Positions 48,883-62,134 are shown, counted from the first letter of the stretch. The stretch: DNA of 64,000 bases from Malacoraja senta (GCA_038087875.1 CM075997.1:4714001-4778000), one strand, 5' to 3'. A program made the numbers and translations. Notes: a model not told the origin generated them from the sequence alone.

Positions 48883-50343
48883 CAGTGCATTCAGAAAGTA
48901 TTCAGACCCCTTCACTTTTTCCACATTTTGTTATGTTACAGCCTTATTCTAAAATGGATTAAATTCTTTAAAAAAAAAAAAAATCTACACACAATACCCC
49001 ACAATAAAAAAGCAAAAACTGGTGTTTAGACATTATTGCAAAGTAATTAAAAATAAATAACTGAAATATCACATTTACATAAGTATTCAGACCCTTTACT
49101 CAGTACTTTGTTGAGGCACCTTTGGCAGCGATTACAGCCTCAAGTCTTCTTGGGTATGATGCTACAAGCTTGGCACACCTGTATTTGGGTCATTTCTCCC
49201 ATTCTTCTCTGCAGATCCTCTCAAGCTCTGTCAGGTTGGATGGGGAGCGTCGATGCACAGCTATTTTCAGGTCCCTCCAGAGATGTTCGATCGGATTCAA
49301 GTCCGGGCTCTGGCTGGGCCACTCAAGGACATTCACAGACTTGTCACGAAGCCACTCCCGCGTTGTCTTGGCTGTGTGCTTAGGGTTGTTGCCCTGTTGG
49401 AAGGTGAACCTCTGCCCCAGTCTGAGGTCCTGAACGCACTGGAGCAGGTTTTCATCAAGGATCTCTCTGTACTTTGCTCTGTTCATCTTTCCCTCGATCC
49501 TGACTAGTCTCCCAGTTCCTGCCGCTGAAAAACATCCCCACAGCATGATGCTGCCACCACCATGCTTCACCATAGGTATGGTATTGGCCATCTGGCCACT
49601 CTCTATCATAAAGGCCTGATTGGTGGAGTGCTGCAGATATAGTTGTCCTTCTGGAAGATTCTCCCATCTCCACAGAGGAACTCTGGAGCTCTGTCAGAGT
49701 GACCATCGGGTTCTTGGTCACCTCCCTGACCAAGGCCTTTCTCCCCAATTGCTCAGTTTGGCCGGGCGGCCAGCTCTATGAAGAGTCCTGGTGGTTCCAA
49801 AGTTCTTCCATTTAAGAATGACGGAGGCCACTGTGCTCTTCGGGACCTGCAATTCTGCAGAAATTGTTTTATACCCTTCCCCAGATCTGTGTCTCGACAC
49901 AATCCTGTCTCGGAGGTCCACGGACAATTCCTTCGTCTTCATGGCTTGGTTTTTGCTCTGACATTCACTGTCAACTGTGGGACCTTATAGAGACAGGTGT
50001 GTGCCTTTCCAAATCATGTCCAATCAATTTAATTTACCACTGGTGGACTCCAATCAAGTTGTAGAAAAATCTCAAGGATAATCAATGGAAACAGGATGAA
50101 CCTAAGCTCAATTTGGAGTGTCATAGCAAAGGGTCTGAATACTTATGTAAATGTGATATTGCAGTTATTTCTTTTAAATTACTTTGCAAAAATTTCTAAA
50201 CCCCTGTTTTCGCTTCTTCATTCTGGGGTATTGTGTGTAGATTGATGATAAAAAAAAAATAATTTAACCCATTTTAAAATAAGGCTGTAACATAACAAAA
50301 TGTGGAAAAGGTAAAGGGGTCTGAATACTTTCTGAATGCACTA
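48883..50343 (-). mobile_element. Tc1-family DNA transposon (IR/DR type), internally deleted
   Basis: TA then cagtgcattcagaaagtattcagacccc; ~220-bp TIRs with inner direct repeat (ataagtattcagaccc); matching right end gggtctgaatactttctgaatgcact. Confidence 0.95.
49100..49942 (-). pseudogene. Tc1 transposase pseudogene
   Basis: Paired-like [63 protein letters not shown]; a frameshift, deletion of the WSDE region, D-to-G at the second catalytic Asp and a premature TGA. Confidence 0.93.
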
Positions 50344-50804
50344 CATGTGTTATATCATGAATTGCTTCTATCAGCCTGCATCACTCCAGCAAGACATGCC
50401 TGCCACTCCCCTTCTCCTCTCTACCACTACGCCACTGTGCCTCTCTACATAGAGCAGAGAGCATCGAACAGTACAACACGGGAACAGGCCCTTCGGCCCA
50501 CAAAGTCCGTGCCCACCATGATGCCAAATTAAGCTCATGTGCTGGAAGGAACTGCAGACGCTGATTCAAACCGAAGATAGACACAAATTGCTGGAGTAAC
50601 TCAGCGGGACAGGCAGCATCTCTGGAGAGAAGGAATGGGTGACGTTTCGGGTTGAGTCTGAAGAAAGGTCTCGACCCAAAATGTCACCCATTCCTTCCGT
50701 CCAAAGATGTTCCCAGTCCTGCTGAGTTTCTCCAGCATTTTGTGTCAAATGGAACTGATTACCTCTGCCTGCACGTGATCCATATCCCTCCATCCCGTGC
50801 CTAT

Positions 50805-51425
50805 CTACAGAAACCTAGTGAGACCACACCTGGAGTATTGTGTGCAGTTTTGGTCCCCTAATTTGAGGAAGGACATTCTTGCTATTGAGGGGGTGCAGCG
50901 TAGGTTTACAAGGTTAATTCCCGGGATGGCTGGACTGTCATACGCTGAGAGGAGCGGCTGGGCTTGTACACTCTGGAATTTAGAAGGACGAGAGGGAATC
51001 TCATTGAAACATATAAGATTGTTAAGGGCTTGGACACACTAGAGGCAGGAAACATGTTCCCGATGTTGGGGGGGTCCAGAACCAGGGGCCACAGATTAAA
51101 AATAAGGGGTAAGCCATTTAGAACGGAGACGACGACGAAACACTTTTTCTCACAGAGAGTGGTGAGTCTGTGGAATTCTCTGCCTCCGAGGGCGGTGGAG
51201 GCAGGTTCTCTGGTTGCTTTCACGTGAGAGCTAGATAGGCCTCTTAAAAATAGCGGAGTCAGGGGATATGGGGAGAAGGCAGGAACGGGGTACTGATTGG
51301 GGATGATCAGCCATGATCACATTGAATGGCGGTGCTGGCTCGAAGGGCCAAATGGCCTACTCCTGCACCTATTGTCTATTGTCTATTGTCTATTGTCTAT
51401 TGTCTATTGTCTATTGTCTATTGTC
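50805..51425 (+). mobile_element. CR1 LINE 3' end with a long (ctattgt)n tail
   Basis: LVRPHLEYCVQFWSPNLRKDILAIEGVQRRFTRLIPG. Confidence 0.92.
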
Positions 51426-52092
51426 AATCGCAAAGCCTCAAATCCCATTCTGGTATCTGCCTCCACCACCACCTCTGGCAGTGTGTTCCAGGCACCCACC
51501 ATCCTCCGTATAAAATCCTTGCCCTCCACATGTCCTTTAAATGTTGCCCTTCACACCCATAGCTTTTCCTTCTAGACTTTCTCATTGCCTCAGCTTAGGG
51601 ACGGTGTAATGGGGCGGGGGGTGGGGGAGGTTGATGGTCATGACAGGATGAAGGGTCTGTTTCCGTGTTGCATTTCACCAGGACTCCACAAGTCTCTCCC
51701 TTCTCATGAGTCCTTGGCAGAAACCATCATGGGTTGACTCAGCCTGGTGTTATTCATGACGGAAAGAATGAGGGGCGATGTCACTGAACCACACACAATT
51801 CCGACAGGGATTACACAAGCCGCATGCATATAGAAACATATAAAATTATTACAGAAACATATAAATGTATTTATAGAAACATATAAAATTATTAAGGGAT
51901 TGGACAGGCAAGGTGTCGCATCTCCAAACACTCCAAGGACATACGGGTTTGTAGGTTAATTGGCTTGGTAAATGTAAAACTTGTCCCTAGTGTGTGTAGG
52001 ATGGTGTTAATATGCGGGGATCACTGGTTGACACAGACCCGGTGGGCTGAAGGGGCTGTTTCCGCGCTGCATCTCTAAAATTAAAACTAAAA

Positions 52093-52447
52093 AGATGCAG
52101 GAAAAATGTTCCCCATGTTGGGGGGAGTCCAGAACCAGGGGTCAAACAGTTTAAGAATAAGGGGTCGGCCATTTAGGACTGAGATGAGGAAAAACGTTTT
52201 CACCCAGAGAGTTGTGAATCTGTGGAATTCTCTGCCACAGAAGGCAGTGGAGGCCAAATCACTGGATGTTTTTCAAGAGAGAGTTAGATTTAGCTCTTAG
52301 GGCTGACGGAATCAAGGGATATGGGGAGAAAGCAGGAACGGGGTACTGATTGGGGATGATCAGCCATGATCACATTGAATGGCGGTGCTGGCTCGAATGG
52401 CCGAATGGCCTACTCCTGCACCTACCTTCCATGTTTCTATGTTTCTA
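52093..52447 (+). mobile_element. CR1 LINE 3' end
   Basis: MFPMLG..RGRPFRTEMRKNVFTQRVVNLWNSLPQKAVEA. Confidence 0.87.
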
Positions 52448-54184
52448 AGCGGTGAGTTCATTCCTCTTGGCGAGGGGAGATGTCTAGAACCAGGCTTCCA
52501 TCACTAAATATTGGGGAGGGAGGAGCTTTGCAGATGTTATGAGGAGAAATTTCATATCCAGAGAGGAGTCAATTTTTGGCGTACTCTGCCACAGAAACAT
52601 GACTATATTTATGAATGTGATAGATTTAGCTTTAGTTTAGGTTGGATTGGTTTATTTAGGCCCTTCAGCCCACCGGGTCCATGCTGACCAGCGAGCCCCG
52701 CACACTAACACTATCCTACACACACTGGGGTCAATTTACATTTACACCAAGCCAATTAACCTACAAACTTGTACGTCTTTGGAGTGTGGGAGGAAACCGA
52801 AGATCTCGGAGAAAACCCAAGCAGGTCACAGGGAGAACGTACAAACTCCGTACAGACAGCACCCGTAGTCAGGATCGAACCCGGGTCTCTGGCGCTGTGA
52901 GGCAGCAACTCTACCGCTGCCGCCCTTCCCGATTTCTCGATCTAATGAGATCAAAGGATGACAAGGTCAGGTATTAACTTGACAGATCATAACTACTTTT
53001 AAGTTCCACAGAAGAGAATGGATAGGGTGATCGCACAGAGTCTTTCACCCAGAGACGTGGAATCACAGGACATGGGGTTAAGATGAGAGGAAAAAGATTG
53101 AATAGAAACCTGAGAGGTTCCAGAGGGTGGTGGGTGTATGGAACGAGCTGCAAGAGGAGGTAGTTGAGGCAGGGACCATTTAAAAGGCCCTCGGACCAGA
53201 CGTGGGAATGAACTGCCAACTACCAGTGAAGGACCAGTTCCTGTGCTGTGCTTTGCTGAGTTTCACGTTTTATAAACTGAATTTTCTTTACAGATGTTTG
53301 GACATTTGGACAGGAACGTGCGTAGGAGAGACATCTACCGCAGGGACATGGGCATAACGTAGATGGGGCATCTTGGCCTTTCGGAAAGGCCCTTCGGCCC
53401 ACCGAGTCTGCGCCGACCAGTGATCCCCGCGCACTAACACCATCCCACACACACACACACCAAGGCCAATTTACATTTGTGCCAAGCTAATTAACCTACA
53501 AACCTGTACGTCTTTGGAGTGTGGGAGGAAACCGGAGCTCCCGGGGAAAGCCCACGCGGTTACGGGGAGAACGTACAAACTCCGCACAGACAGCACCCGT
53601 AGTCGGGATTGAACCCGGGTCTCTGGCGCTGTGAGGAGGCAACTCTACCGCTGTGCCACCGTGCCGCTCTAAACTTATTGAAGACCCTCGGACTATCTTT
53701 AATCTGACTTTACTGGACTTTACTATTCCTTTTATCGTATCTGTACACTGTGGATGGCTCAATTGTTATCATGTGCAGTCTTTCCGCTGACTGGTTATCA
53801 GGTAATCACTAGGGACAATTCACATTCGTACCAATCCGATTAACCTGCAATCCTGCACGTGTTTGGAGTGTGGGAGGAATCCGGGTCTCCGGCGCCTTGA
53901 GGCAGCAACTCTACCGCTGCGTCATCGTGCCTTTCCTCAGGAGAAAAAAGATGGTTGGTGTTGGGTGGGAGGGAGTGGGTGGGGAGGGAGGGAGAGCTTG
54001 GCCTAAGTCAGGAAGGTGCTGACATGATTACAGGCTGATCCCAAGGCCAGATGAACCATTGACATTATCGGGCGTTTTGTTGAATGTTTCTGGTCTCTCA
54101 GTGCGGCTCCGAGCTGCTATTAAACTGCCCCGAGAACAATCGGCATCTATGAAAGCATTTATTGTCCCGGTGCCTAGAGGGTCC

Positions 54185-54197
54185 ACACTCACACACA

Positions 54198-54229
<32 letters not shown>

Positions 54230-54250
54230 CACACACACGCACACACGCAC

Positions 54251-54292
<42 letters not shown>

Positions 54293-54322
54293 ACACGCGC
54301 ACACACACACGCACACACGCAC

Positions 54323-54362
<40 letters not shown>

Positions 54363-54599
54363 GCACACACACACGTATACACACACACACACGCACACAC
54401 ACACACACACATACACACGTGCGTACACACGTACACACGCACATAGACACACACAGACATGTACATACACACACTCACATACGCACAAACCCAGACACAC
54501 ACACACATGTACATACACACACTCACATACGCACAAACCCAGACACACACACACATGTACACAGACACGTACATACGCACACAAGCAGGCGCATACACA

Positions 54600-54654
<55 letters not shown>

Positions 54655-54728
54655 GTACACACACACAAGTACACACGCACACTCACACGTACACACACAC
54701 GCATACACACTCACACACACACACACAC

Positions 54729-54800
<72 letters not shown>

Positions 54801-54811
54801 ACACACACACA
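54185..54811. repeat. Compound (CA)n microsatellite, ~630 bp
   Basis: Directly visible. Confidence 0.98.
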
Positions 54812-55821
54812 CGGCAGTGGGTGGAATGACAATCAGAGGCATTCCCCTGCCCCTCACCCCATCCCATCTCCCTCCCTGCCGCCCACAGGCATCTTGCTGG
54901 CATTCCACACTGATTGATGCTGGAGGAGGCTGCAGGTCAGAGTTGACCCAAGGGTTGGCCAGGAAGCAGCCAACCCTTATAGCCTGGCAGAGATGACCCT
55001 TGGAGATAGCCCAGGACCAGCCTCAGCAAGTCAGGACCAGGATTAATGGCCGCTGCTCACAACAAGAATTTAATTCATTGAAAACATCCATCCTCATTTC
55101 AAGAGGAACATGGAGAGATGATGTCTGGAGTAACTCAACGGGTCAGACAACATCGCTGGAGAAATAGAATAGGTGATGTTTCAGACTCTCAGTTTGAAGA
55201 AAGGTCTCGACCTGAAACGTCACCCGTTCCTTCTCTCCAGAGATGCTGCCTGTCCCACTGAGTTACTCCAGCTTTTTGTGTCTGTCTTCGGTTTAAACCA
55301 GCATCTGCAGTTCCTTCCTACACACGGATAGATGATGTTTTGGATCGGGACCCTTCTCCAGTCTGATTCTTCGCCAGAAATGCTGAGTTACTCCAGCACT
55401 TTGTGTCTTTTCTTTGTGTAAACCACCATCTGCACTTCCTTGTATCCACGTCACCTGCCCATGTTCTCCAAAGATGCTGCCTTGCCCGCTGAGTTACTCC
55501 AGCACTTTGTACCTATCCATGTTCTCCAGAGACGTTTTGTAGTTTAGTTTAGTTTGGAGATACAGCGCCGAAACAGTCCCTTCGGCCCAACGAGTCCATG
55601 CCGACCAGCGATACCCGTACACGAGCATTGTCCTATAAATCTGGTGGTAAAATGTCTAAATTGTCCCCAGGTGTGTAGGATCGTGTGTGGGGTGATCGCT
55701 GGTCGGCGCGGACTCGGTGGGCCGAAGGGCCTGTTTCCGCGCTGTATCTCGAAAGTCTAAAGGGCCTGAGCAGCTGCAAGACTTGATCCTTGACTCAAGT
55801 GACCTTGTGATGTGATCTTGT

Positions 55822-56035
55822 TTAAGGAAGAACTGCAGATGCTGGAAAAAAATCGAAGGCAGGCAAAAAAGCTGGGTTGAAAACTCAGCAGGTGAGGCAG
55901 CGTCTATGGAGCGAAGGAATAGGCGACGTTTCGGGTTGAGACCCTTCCGGGTCTCGACCCGAAACGTCGCCTATTCCTTCGCTCCATAGACGCTGCCTCA
56001 CCCGCTGAGTTTCTCCAACTTTTTTGTCCACCTTA
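55822..56035. mobile_element. PLE terminal fold-back (centre ~55946)
   Basis: cgtttcgggttgagaccc-ttcc-gggtctcgacccgaaacg with ~85-bp inverted arms. Confidence 0.85.
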
Positions 56036-56298
56036 AAATGTGATCTGTTTTTTTTTTTAAATCTCCAATGGCATAACACATATTGATCTTAATGCATGAT
56101 ATTCTGGCCTGTTAGGAAAGGCCCAGTGATCAGTGAAGAAGAAAGGGTGACTCGGTGTCAAGGAGGGGGGCACACTAGTTTAGAATCCTCTACCCAGGGG
56201 ACAAGTCTACGTACGTTTGTTTGTTTGTTTGTTCGTTCAGGTCAAGGCGTTGATCACACGGAATCCAACAGTCGCTTGTATTTTTTTTTTTAATCACT

Positions 56299-56498
56299 NN
56301 NNNNNNNNNNNNNNNNNNNNNNNNNNNNNNNNNNNNNNNNNNNNNNNNNNNNNNNNNNNNNNNNNNNNNNNNNNNNNNNNNNNNNNNNNNNNNNNNNNNN
56401 NNNNNNNNNNNNNNNNNNNNNNNNNNNNNNNNNNNNNNNNNNNNNNNNNNNNNNNNNNNNNNNNNNNNNNNNNNNNNNNNNNNNNNNNNNNNNNNNNN
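56299..56498. other. Assembly gap (200 N)
   Basis: Run of N. Confidence 1.
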
Positions 56499-57095
56499 GC
56501 CATTCGGCCCTTCTACTCCTCCAATCAATCATAAGGTCAATAGACAATAGACAATAGGTGCAGGAGTAGGCCATTCGGCCCTTCGAGCCAGCGCCGCCAT
56601 TCAATGTGATCATGGCTGATCATCCACAATCAGTACCCCGTTCCTGCCTTCTCCCCATATCCCCTGACTCCACTATCTTAAAGAGCCCTATCCAGCTCTC
56701 TCTTGAAAGTGTTTAAGAAGGAACTGCAGCTGCTGGAAAATCGAAGGTAGACAAAAGTGCTGGAGAAACTCGGCGGGTGCAGCAGCGTCTATGGAGCGAA
56801 GGAAATAGGCAACGTTTCAGCCCGAAACCCTTCTTCAGACTTTTATGCCTACTTTGAAGAAGTTCTCCTCGTCCCTCCGAAGATCAGAATAAGGGTTTAG
56901 GCCTGAAACGTTGCCTATTTCCTTCGCTCCATAGATGCTGCTGCACCCGCTGAGTTTCTCCATCACTTTTCTCTCTTGAAAGTATCCAGAGAACTGGCCT
57001 CCACCGACCTCTGAGGCAGAGAATTCCACAGACTCACAACTCTCTGTGAGAAAAAGGAAAAGGTCATAAGGTCATAAGTGATAGGAGTACAATTA

Positions 57096-57334
57096 AGGGC
57101 CTGTCCCACTTTCATGACCTAATTCACGACCTCTGCCGAGTTTGCCCTTGACTCATACTCGCAGCATGGTCGTCACGAGGTCGTAGGAGGTCGTAGGTCG
57201 GTCCTAGGTAGGCCGTGATGCTAGTCGTAGGTACTCCTGGCATCAAGTAGGTCGGGGGCATTTTTCTAGCTTGATGAAAAATGTCCACGAGTAAAAAAGG
57301 TCGTGTATTAGGTCGTGAAAGTGGGACAGGCCCG
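57096..57334. mobile_element. PIF/Harbinger-type MITE
   Basis: TIRs agggcctgtcccactttcatgacctaat / attaggtcgtgaaagtgggacaggcccg; TTA TSD splitting a CR1 3' end. Confidence 0.9.
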
Positions 57335-57344
57335 TTAGGCCATT

Positions 57345-57697
57345 CAGTGAGGCCTAGCGCAAATTGGAGGAGCAGCATCTCATATTTCGCTTGGGCAGCT
57401 CACACCCCAGTGGTATGAACATTGATTTCTCTAGCTTCAAGTAACCCTTGCATCCCCTCTCTCTCCATCCCTCCCCCTTCCCAGTTCTCCGACCAGTCTG
57501 ACTGTCCCTCTGAATGCATTTTACCTCTGTTGGCTTTGTTGTCACCTTCTCCCAGCTCACAGTGGTCTATTCTACATTTTCCTTGCTCTGCATTTCTTTT
57601 GATGTCTCACACTTCCCTATCCTCTGTAACTCACTTCTCCCCGGACTCAGTCTGAAGAAGGGTCTCGACCCGAAACGTCACCCGTTCCTTCTCTCCA
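57345..57697 (+). mobile_element. PLE 3' portion
   Basis: RKLEEQHLIFRLGSSHPSGMNIDFSSFK* plus terminal repeat. Confidence 0.85.
57650..57682 (+). ncRNA. Minimal type I hammerhead-ribozyme motif in the PLE terminal repeat (representative copy)
   Basis: GU-CUGAAGA-A-GGGU(CUCG)ACCC-GAAAC-GUC-AC: conserved core, stem II, palindromic ACGU in place of stem III; stem I only 2 bp. Confidence 0.65.
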
Positions 57698-57711
57698 GCC
57701 TGTTCCACCAT

Positions 57712-57872
57712 TGACGTCTTGGTTGGATTGGCTCTTTGTCAGAGACTTCCCCCTCGACCTTACCGCCATGGGTGGCCCTACCAGGAGCATAGATAGCTAC
57801 AGTCGGCATCGCTCTCAGGATCTCAGTACCACACAAGCTTCTCCACCACGACAAGGTGACAACCCACGGAGA
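57712..57872 (-). mobile_element. RTE-type 5' UTR fragment
   Basis: Reverse strand ccttgtcgtggtggagaagcttgtgtg...gagagcgatgcc...cccatggcggtaaggtcgagg, homologous to 27960-28170. Confidence 0.7.
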
Positions 57873-59359
57873 ATTGTAGGATAGTGTTAATGTGCGGGGA
57901 TTGCTGGGCGGTGTGGACTTGGTGGGCCGAAGGGCCTGTTTCCGCGCTGTATCTCAAAACTAAACTAGACTAAACTAAACTGATGATCAGGGCATCTCAC
58001 TGTTCTCGACCCGAAACGTCACCCATTCCTTCTGTCCAGAGATGCTGCCTGTCCCACTGAGTTACTCCAGCTTTTTGTGTCTATCTTCATCTCACTGTTC
58101 CCACTAATCCCTCACCTGCAGACAGATCACCTCTGACTAACGCGCACCCTGCTTCCTATAATGGATCCAACACACACTAGGGACAATTTTTACCTTGACA
58201 CCAAGCCAATTAACCCACAAACCTGCAGGTCTTTGTACGTGTGCGTGGGAGGAAACCGAAGATCTCGGAGAAAACCCACGCGGGTCACGGGGAGAACGTG
58301 CAAGCTCCGTACAGACAGCACCCGTAGTCGGGATCGAACCCAAGTGTGAGGCAGCAACTCTACCGCTGCGCCACTGTGCCGCCACAAAATCAATAGCAAT
58401 GGTTTCTGAGATCCTCTTTGAATATCTACTGATCTCCTCCACTGTATCTCGATTTGTCTGCCTATGTGTCTTTGTTTATCCATCTCTCTCCTTCACGTTC
58501 TCCTCCATCTCACTCCCCAGCTATCTATCTAAATCTTTCTGCATCTCTCACTTCTCTTCCCTGCTGCATTATTTATCTTCTTTATTTGATTCTACATCGC
58601 TCCCCATCTCGCTATCAACTAATCGATCGATCTCAATGTCGTTCCATCTCGTCCCTGAATCTTTATCTCCCTTGTTTTAACTGTGTTCCACACTAGGTTC
58701 ATCCATTTTTCAACTTCCTTTCAGCTTTTGTTTCATCAAGATTCTCCAAATTCCATAAATTCTACAACGCAGATTTAGTTCAGTTTACTTTAGAAATACA
58801 GCGTGGAAACAGGCCCATCGGCCCACCTAGTCCGCGCCGACCAGCGATCCCCGCACACTAACACACTAGGAACAATTTACATTTACACCAAGCCAATTAA
58901 CTCACAAAGCCGTACGTCTTTGGAGTGTGGGAGGAAATTGGAGCGCCCGGAGAAAACCCACGCAGGTCACGGGGAGAACGTACACACTCCGTACAGACAG
59001 CAACTCTACCGCTGCGCCACCCTGTCGCAAGTCTAACCTTTGGATAGTAAGACAATTCCTGGAGGAACTCAGCGGATCAGGCAGCATGTCCGGAGGACAT
59101 GGATAGGCAGCGTTTCAGGATGGGACCATTCTTCAGACTGTTTGTTGTAGGTGGGGACAAAGCTGGAGGAAGAGGTGGGAAATAACCTGGCGAGTGATGG
59201 GTGGATACAGGCGAGGGAGGGGGTTGATCAGCAGAGGAGTGGACAGAGACAGAGTGAAATATATCGACAGAGGGAGGGATGTAGGTGGAATGGGACAGGG
59301 GGGGAAAGGAGAGGGGATTATGGGAGAAAGGAGTGCACCCCAGGGTGGGTCACAGGAAA

Positions 59360-59648
59360 GTTTAGTTTAGTTTAGAGATACAGCGCAGAAACAGGCCCTT
59401 CAGCCCACCCAGTCCGCACCAACCACACTAACACTATCCTGCACACACTAGGGACAATTTACACTTATACCAAGCTAATTAACCTACAAACCTGCACATC
59501 TTTGGAGTGTGGGAGGAAACCCGAGATCCCGGAGAAAACCTACACAGGTCACGGGGAGAACGTACAAACTCCGTACAGACAGCACCCGTAGTCGGGATCG
59601 AACCCGGGTCTCCGGCGCTGCGAGGCAGCAACTCTACCGCTACGCCAC
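59360..59648 (-). mobile_element. V-SINE
   Basis: Reverse complement of the consensus. Confidence 0.87.
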
Positions 59649-59802
59649 AGTCAGACTGGCCTTGGCTTCATCAACTGGTGGAACAGGTAGAAGGGGCTGA
59701 ATGGCTTGTTACTATGTCTACTTCATTAGGTCATGTAATAGGACCATTTGCCAGAATCAAAATGGACGCCTGACTTTATCCAGTCAAACTGAATAGGAAA
59801 AG

Positions 59803-60240
59803 TTCATAGGTTCATAAATCATAAGGGCAGAGTTAGACCAATCGGCCCATCAAGTCTACTCCGCCATTCATTCATGGCTGATCTATCTCTCACTCCTAAC
59901 CCCATTCTCCTGCCTTCTCCCCATAACCTCTGATGCCCGCATTAATCAAGAATCTATCAATCTCTGTTTTAAAAATATCCATTGATGGCCTCCACTGCCC
60001 TCTGTGGCAAAGAATTCCACAGATTCACCACCCTCTGGCTTAATATATTTCTCCTCATCTCCTTCCAAATGGAACGTCCTTTAATTCTGAGGCTGTGACC
60101 TCTAGTCCTAGACTCTCCCACTAGTGGAAACATCCTCTCCACATCCACTCTATCCAGGCCTTTCGTTATTCTGTACGTTTCAAGGAGGTCCCCCCCTCAT
60201 TCTTCTAAACTCCAGCGAGTACAGGCCCAGTGCCGACACA
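59803..60240 (-). mobile_element. CR1 LINE 3' fragment
   Basis: Same family as 4245-4775. Confidence 0.87.
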
Positions 60241-60465
60241 CATTAGGAAAGAACTCTCCAACGAGTTGCATGCAGCAATCAACAGAGATGAAATAGCCGT
60301 GGAAGGAACATTCCAGAAGTGTGAGGTTATTCCTCCTCTCTGCTGCTGTTTATTTAAGGAGTAATGGGCTGGTGAGCACTTTGTGAGTAGACACATGGCT
60401 GGGATGGGAGGTAAGAGCAGCAATATTTTTCATCAGCTGGTGTTGGCTGCAGTCTACATTCTACT

Positions 60466-61303
60466 GAAGATAGACACAGAGTGCTGGAGTAACTCAGCGG
60501 GACAGGCACCATCCCTGGAGAGAAGGAATGGGTGACGTTTCCAGTCGAGACCCTTCTTCTGACTGAGAGTCAGGGGAGAGGGAGACTAGAGATATGGAAG
60601 GCTACAAGGAGCGTGGAAGGTGTGAAAAGGACAGATCAAAGCAGAAGATGATCAAGGACATGCAAACTGCATCTGTTGTTCAAGTTGTGGACTCATACAT
60701 CGGCGAGTCCAAACGCAGGCTGGGCGATCGTTTCGCTGAACACCTTCGCTCAGCCCGCCTGAACCAACCTGATCTCCCGGTTGCCAAACACTTTAACTCC
60801 CCCTCCCATTCCCACACTGATCTTTCTGTCCTGGGCCTCCTCCACTGTCAGAGTGAGGCTAAACGCAAATTGGAGGAACAGCACCTCATATTTCGCTTGG
60901 GCAGCTTACAGCCCAGTGGTAAGAACATTGATTTCTGTAACTTTAAGTAACCCCTACATCCCCTCTCTCTCCGTTCCTCACCCACTCAAGTCATTGTACT
61001 AATTTTGAAGTAGTCTCGTTGAGTTTCATTGTTTGTAACTCATTTTCACCTAGCTTACAGCTAACAACGGCCTGTTTCCTTTATCATCGTTACTTTTTGC
61101 ATATCTTTCATTCATTTGTTCTATATCTCTCTACATCACCGTCTATATCTCTCGTTTCCCTCTCCCCCGACTCTCAGTCTGAAGAAGGGTCTCGACCCGA
61201 AACGCCACCTATTCCTTTTCTCCACAGATGCCATCTGACCAGTTGTTACTCCAGCATTTTGTGTCGATCTTCAATCTAAACCAGCATCTGCAGTTCCTTC
61301 CTA
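60466..61303 (+). mobile_element. PLE: inverted terminal repeat followed by GIY-YIG C-half and sense terminal repeat
   Basis: YIGESKRRLGDRFAEHLRS..HFNSPSH..LEEQHLIFRLGSLQPSGKNIDF; 60466-60660 is an antisense terminal repeat. Confidence 0.88.
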
Positions 61304-61647
61304 AACAAACAACGGTTCATTGTTGGTTGAGGGGAAGGTGACAACGAGGCGTACAAGCAGTAAAATTATTCAGGACAGTCAAACTAGTCGGGGAACTAGG
61401 GTGGGGGAGGGACGGAGAGAGAGGGAAAGCAAGGGTTACTTGAGGTTTGAGAAATCAATGTTCATACTGCTGGGGTGTAAGCTGCCCATGCAAAATATGA
61501 GGTGCTGTTCCTCCAATTTGCTCTGGGCCTCACTCTGACAGTGGAGGAGGCCCAGGACAGAAAGGTCAATGTGGGAATGGGAGAGGAGGTTAAACCGCAA
61601 TCTGATGTTGTTTTTACCACCTGATTGATCAGAATTAGCTCACTCTT

Positions 61648-61922
61648 GCACGGTGGCGGGGCAGTAGAGTTGCTGCCTCACAGCGCCAGAGACCCGGGTT
61701 CGATCCTGACTACGGGTGCTGTCTGTACGGAGTTTGCACGTTCTCCCCGTGACCTGCGTGGGTTTTCTCCGGGTGCTCCAGTTTCCTCCCACATTCCAGA
61801 GACGTGCAGGTTGTAAATTGTACTCGGTGTGTAGGATAGAACCAGTGAACGGGCGATCTTTGGTCGGCGTGGACTCGCGGGGCCGGAGAGCCTGTTTCCA
61901 CTCTGTAAATCTAAAACTAAAA
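61648..61922 (+). mobile_element. V-SINE
   Basis: A/B boxes, V-domain, tail. Confidence 0.85.
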
Positions 61923-62134
61923 CGGAAATCTCTACTTTTAATTCATGCCATCGAATGCCCAAAGCGGGGGTCTTACACTGCCATCTCCCCCCAACTCTCT
62001 TACACAATTCATTGTTGGACGAACTACAGACCAAGAATATAGGAGGGAGATTGATGGACTGACTGAATGGTGCCAGACCAACAAGTGTGTAGGATGGTGT
62101 TAGTGTGCGGAAATTGCTGGTCGGTACAGACACT

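Noticed and set aside
58195..58680. 161-aa ORF
   Set aside because: SINE antisense sequence plus a pyrimidine-rich low-complexity tract.
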